Shown here piece by piece: positions 42,435-45,557 of a DNA stretch of 45,557 bases (position 1 is its first letter; each line of letters starts with the position of its first letter). The stretch lies in the IMG/VR virus record IMGVR_UViG_3300009609_000013. One strand, written 5' to 3'. The notes under the pieces were generated by a model, which did not search any database, was not told the DNA's origin, and was given only the letters and a program-made list of their open reading frames with translations. The position numbers were made by a program, and so were the translations under genes. This DNA comes from a virus.

Positions 42435-42575
42435 GGCCGGGTCTTGCCTTAAAGGCATTTTCCCCCTGGTGACCAACATCTTTTCACGAAAGGTCACGCT
42501 GTCAAGGGTTTAAGCGAAGCGTCCCTTGACAGCACTAGTGACCTGTAGTGATATAATTAAGTCACCAGGAGGAAT
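42435..42575 (+). repeat. structured intergenic element, copy F (antisense to flanking genes)
   Basis: ggccgggtc...cattttccccctggtgac pairs with gtcaccaggagg. The perfect 11-bp-stem hairpin 42498-42533 (gctgtcaaggg/cccttgacagc) has a loop carrying aagcgaagcg, as in A and C. Confidence 0.7.
42526..42557 (+). promoter_or_regulatory. extended -10 promoter (TGaTATAAT) on the plus strand, antisense to the arm
   Basis: TTGACA lies at 42526-42531, 20 nt from TATAAT (42552-42557), which is preceded by TGa. AGGAGG and ATG 42576 follow. Confidence 0.55.
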
Positions 42576-42582
42576 ATGCAAA

Positions 42583-43137
42583 TTACTGTTGCTTTAGGAA
42601 CCTATTTACCTCGTTACTATCACCGTACTTTTGGTCGCTTCGTACTCCTAGTATTGCCCATCCTTCACGTCCTAACCACTCACTCGTATCGTTGCTTGCT
42701 GTTTTGTCTATCTCGAATGCCTCACAGAATTCAGAGAGAAATCTCTTGAGCATGATTACTCGCTTTTCAGTCATGTTCCTAGTAGGCAGATGGCACTGCC
42801 AGTATACTTCTTTAACCAACGGCTCATCAGAAACGTCGAGCCGAATTTGCAGCATATTATCGCTGTTCTTGTCAGGCTTTATACTTACTTCGAGTATGCG
42901 TAGCTTTGCTTCAGTGCCAGCAGGAAGTATCTTCAGCTCTGGCAGATTGTCGAGATCATATTCAGTGAAATCAATAATAGGCATTTTGCCGCTCCTGTTA
43001 ATTACACTTGGTTTAGTTTCTTCATCCTCTTGCGGACCTCTCATGAGTTTAGGTTCCTGTTGCTGATCGCCACGAAAATCAGCGTCAGTTGGATGTGCAC
43101 TTCTATTCTTTCGTGCCATTACTAATTCCTCAATCAT
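42583..43137 (-). CDS. DUF669-like ssDNA-binding protein candidate
   Basis: 184 aa, with LPAGTEAKLRILEVSIKPDKNSDNMLQIRLDV. Its placement next to a Sak4-like ATPase is the common phage recombination-module arrangement. Confidence 0.55.
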   Translation of the reverse strand: MIEELVMARKNRSAHPTDADFRGDQQQEPKLMRGPQEDEETKPSVINRSGKMPIIDFTEYDLDNLPELKILPAGTEAKLRILEVSIKPDKNSDNMLQIRLDVSDEPLVKEVYWQCHLPTRNMTEKRVIMLKRFLSEFCEAFEIDKTASNDTSEWLGREGWAILGVRSDQKYGDSNEVNRFLKQQ

Positions 43138-43316
43138 TTTCTAGTCCTTCTTAGCTCTTGTAGCGTATCGCGTAATCTTAATAAATGCTCCTTTCTAACA
43201 AGGGCTATATTCTTAGTGCTATCGTCTGTCGCACCATTTACTAGCCGCATTGCATCACGGTATAATTGCCGCGTTAGTTTATAGGTTTCTTCTGCAAGCT
43301 CCATACTAAACTCCAT
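43134..43316 (-). CDS. hypothetical protein
   Basis: 60-aa helical ORF with an ATGA overlap with the downstream gene. Confidence 0.55.
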   Translation of the reverse strand: MEFSMELAEETYKLTRQLYRDAMRLVNGATDDSTKNIALVRKEHLLRLRDTLQELRRTRK

Positions 43317-43470
43317 TGCTGCTGTCGTTATTTCTCCGTTCTTGTAACAGCTGTATAACTATTTCTAATGATTTGTCGATTCGTTCTATAGCTACTACCA
43401 TTCTAGTATTCAATGATGCTAGATCCTTAAACAGCTCATCATGAATCCTTAAGTGCTCGTCGTGATCCAC
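43306..43470 (-). CDS. small helical protein (54 aa, below the ORF-track cutoff)
   Basis: GTG 43470 with AGGAG 5 nt upstream: (M)DHDEHLRIHDELFKDLASLNTRMVVAIERIDKSLEIVIQLLQERRNNDSSNGV. It fills the gap. Confidence 0.45.
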   Translation of the reverse strand: MDHDEHLRIHDELFKDLASLNTRMVVAIERIDKSLEIVIQLLQERRNNDSSNGV

Positions 43471-43593
43471 CTATACTCCTATCCATAGCATGAATATGAA
43501 CGCCGCTAAAAGAGCGGCTGCTCCTAGCAACAATTCCTGCTTGTGTGTTAAATCCCTTTCCATTATCGCACGTCTAACTTCACGTAGTTTCAT
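43471..43593 (-). CDS. small membrane protein (40 aa, below the ORF-track cutoff)
   Basis: ATG overlaps the upstream TAA (TAATG): MKLREVRRAIMERDLTHKQELLLGAAALLAAFIFMLWIGV. Confidence 0.45.
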   Translation of the reverse strand: MKLREVRRAIMERDLTHKQELLLGAAALLAAFIFMLWIGV

Positions 43594-44390
43594 TACTTGC
43601 TACCAAACAAGCTGGGTTTATCAGTAGTTGGCCATCCACACTTAGCTAAAATCTTCTTAATATCTGGTACTTCAAATGTATCCAGCTTGCCTGCAGCAAT
43701 ACTACTACTAGCCACATATTTGCCTGTTCTTTGAGTGAGTATCTGATACTCAACACCACTAGCTGATAGTTTAGTGTGAGCAATCCACTTCTCAGTGAAT
43801 AGCAGAGGAATAATAGTTGCACCTTTGCCGGTGGTCATGAAGCGCCATTCAACACTGCCCAATACGTCGTCTTTAATTGGCTCAATATGACCCGTGACAA
43901 TTACATCACATGGCAATGCAAGTATACGTTTGAACCAATTGTGAATCAGTACCTTTTGTGGCACGTAATCATGAGTAAATCTTGGTGCCTGCCCTGTTAA
44001 GTTAGCAGCCTTTAGAATAGAGTTCATAATTGCTTCAGCGAATAGCGTACTTGAATCCAGCATGTATGTGCCGAAGCTCTCGAAGTACTTATCCTTCTCT
44101 CGTGCTTCAAAGTTCTTACACCACTCAGAGAACATCTTTGGTGATTTAGGATCTTCATTCTCGTACTGAGTATCAGCTACTATATCGCCTTTCATAATCC
44201 ACTCACGCAAGCACAGTGTTCCACCAGGATCAAAGCTATCTATGTGAACAGGCTTACGAGCTGTACGTGCAATAAAAGTTTTCCCCGTTCCAGTTTCTCC
44301 CATCAGTAATAAATTGAACGAGCTTTGCTTTGGGTCTTCCTTATATAAGTTACGTAAACGCTCAGCTTCGATACGTGCATCAAGTGGCAT
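43593..44390 (-). CDS. Sak4-like (RecA-fold, AAA_24-type) ATPase
   Basis: Walker A is LLLMGETGTGKTF and Walker B-like is CDVIVTGH. 265 aa. Flanked by exonuclease and SSB-like genes. Confidence 0.75.
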   Translation of the reverse strand: MPLDARIEAERLRNLYKEDPKQSSFNLLLMGETGTGKTFIARTARKPVHIDSFDPGGTLCLREWIMKGDIVADTQYENEDPKSPKMFSEWCKNFEAREKDKYFESFGTYMLDSSTLFAEAIMNSILKAANLTGQAPRFTHDYVPQKVLIHNWFKRILALPCDVIVTGHIEPIKDDVLGSVEWRFMTTGKGATIIPLLFTEKWIAHTKLSASGVEYQILTQRTGKYVASSSIAAGKLDTFEVPDIKKILAKCGWPTTDKPSLFGSK

Positions 44391-44552
44391 TTATTCCTCC
44401 TGTAAGTACTGTGTAAATTCACCTACTTCATCATCCGTTGCTATGCCACTGCCATCACACAGCGAGCATTTGTCGTGCTTCTTGCCTGCTATAATAATAA
44501 CTACGTCTTCTTTACCAGTACCATTGCAATTAGGGCATATAGGTTCACTCAT
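44391..44552 (-). CDS. DnaJ-type double CxxCxGxG zinc-finger protein (53 aa, below the ORF-track cutoff)
   Basis: MSEPICPNCNGTGKEDVVIIIAGKKHDKCSLCDGSGIATDDEVGEFTQYLQEE. ATGA overlap with the upstream gene, and its TAA abuts ATG 44390. Confidence 0.55.
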   Translation of the reverse strand: MSEPICPNCNGTGKEDVVIIIAGKKHDKCSLCDGSGIATDDEVGEFTQYLQEE

Positions 44553-45526
44553 TTTTCTACTTGCTCCTTGGTTAAGTCAATAAATTGTTTAGCACCCGAA
44601 TCCGTACGTGGGTCCCAAACTTCATGCTTGAAGCCCATTGGTACTTGCTCACACCTAGTTAATGGATTACTCCACGCATTACAGAAGTCAAAGTACGCAC
44701 ATTTCCTACCGTAATTAAAGCATGCTTTTTCATTCATAGGAAATGAGCGCATAGCTGCACTTTCAGTGCTTTCCGATTCGAGTAGAAATTTCAGGTCGTA
44801 CTGAAGTGAGTCGTACCAATTAGTTTGACTTGTGAGCCATGATTGCATCTGATTTAGGCTCTTCTCGACTATTGCTTCGTCAAACTCGCTTGGCTTAGCT
44901 TTGTAGAAGAAGCTGCAACGCACACGTATTCCTCCAACCTCATCTGATTCACCGAATAAACAGTAGAGAACGTGTAAGTAGGTGAGCATCTGCGTGCTTA
45001 GTAACCACTGTTCTGACCAGTTATTCATTCGACGCTGCGAAGTTTTGTGGTCCAAACAAATTACTTTTCCATCACGCTTACGTTGCAGGAGTGCGTCAAT
45101 CTTGAAGAACATCGGAGAATCAGGTGCAATCAGAACTGTGCCGCCAATTTCAGTACCGAGTACGTTATAGTCACGAACATCAGTACGAAATCGTTCTGCA
45201 TATTTGACCAGCGTTTGCATAGCATTTTGTGGATCCTTTGGCACGAAAAGACCATCAGATTCACTATCCAATTGTAAGCGATATGAATTGTAGAACATAA
45301 CACACGCTTCTTCTATAGACTCAGTCGAGTAGTTATTATTTAACAAGTGCTCGACTGCCAGGTGCCAACACGAACCAAACCAGAGATGGTTGTTAGTATA
45401 ATCCTCTCTCCATTGTAACACGTGCTCATAGAAGAATTTTCTAGGGCATGACATGTATACTGATAACTTTGACGGATCAATTACGCTCCAAGTATCCTGC
45501 TCAGGCAGAATATCTAACAACTTCAT
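44549..45526 (-). CDS. PD-(D/E)XK exonuclease, Cas4/RecB-like with Cys cluster
   Basis: N-terminal YMSCPRKFFYEHV, then IDALL...VICLDHKT, then QMLTYLHV, then C-terminal CFNYGRKCAYFDFC (four Cys, as in Cas4/AddB Fe-S nucleases). Its first 92 nt are duplicated at 1-92. Confidence 0.8.
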   Translation of the reverse strand: MKLLDILPEQDTWSVIDPSKLSVYMSCPRKFFYEHVLQWREDYTNNHLWFGSCWHLAVEHLLNNNYSTESIEEACVMFYNSYRLQLDSESDGLFVPKDPQNAMQTLVKYAERFRTDVRDYNVLGTEIGGTVLIAPDSPMFFKIDALLQRKRDGKVICLDHKTSQRRMNNWSEQWLLSTQMLTYLHVLYCLFGESDEVGGIRVRCSFFYKAKPSEFDEAIVEKSLNQMQSWLTSQTNWYDSLQYDLKFLLESESTESAAMRSFPMNEKACFNYGRKCAYFDFCNAWSNPLTRCEQVPMGFKHEVWDPRTDSGAKQFIDLTKEQVEK

Positions 45527-45557
45527 TTCTTAGTCCTCTTAGTATATCTTCCACGCT
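45435..45557. repeat. terminal direct repeat copy 2 (identical to 1-123)
   Basis: See copy 1. Confidence 0.95.

Noticed and set aside
1-45557. Search for tRNA, tmRNA, integrase/att sites and lysogeny repressor.
   Set aside because: No cloverleaf-compatible GTTCRANYC-type T-arm in any intergenic region, and no recombinase-like ORF. The genome looks strictly lytic, though this is a by-eye scan only.

Overview
The window is essentially one complete dsDNA phage genome. Bases 1-123 recur exactly at 45435-45557, so the unit length is 45,434 bp and the first and last genes join across the ends.

Layout:
- Minus-strand early/replication arm, 8375 -> 89 and continuing across the junction 45526 -> 35113. 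It encodes an HNH endonuclease, a DUF4406-like protein, a ParB-like protein, MazG, many small Zn-ribbon proteins, a Cas4-like exonuclease, a Sak4-like ATPase, a DUF669-like SSB, a ParB-methyltransferase fusion, a UDG-domain/family-A DNA polymerase split by a 313-aa intein, and a DUF3987-like replication protein.
- Short plus-strand early pair of HNH-like paralogues (8892-9542).
- Small minus-strand island (9718-10910).
- Plus-strand packaging/structural arm (11549 -> 35094): HTH small-terminase candidate, a frameshifted free-standing LAGLIDADG endonuclease, TerL, portal, scaffold, HK97-like capsid, tail and internal virion proteins including a 1717-aa protein, and an OmpA-like lipoprotein.

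I found no tRNA, rRNA, CRISPR array, integrase, phage RNA polymerase or recognisable endolysin/holin. The gene set suggests a podovirus-like phage of a Gram-negative host that relies on host sigma70 RNAP.

What the CDS track does not explain:
1. Six promoters matching the full TTGACA-N17-TGnTATAAT consensus, plus a seventh with an extended -10 that fires antisense.
2. A palindrome (GGTTAnAnTnTAACC, 15-bp core) present 12 times, always intergenic.
3. A six-copy family of ~140-215 nt structured intergenic elements with a covarying closing helix and a hairpin whose arms both carry TTGACA. Five copies lie 62-93 nt 3' of a palindrome copy, and two copies are inverted relative to the surrounding genes. 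I cannot assign these to any RNA or mobile-element class I know.
4. A nested ~270-bp palindrome at the divergent early control region.
5. A GC-rich alternating purine-pyrimidine island directly downstream of a consensus promoter.

Functional calls rest on motifs read by eye. No database search was run.
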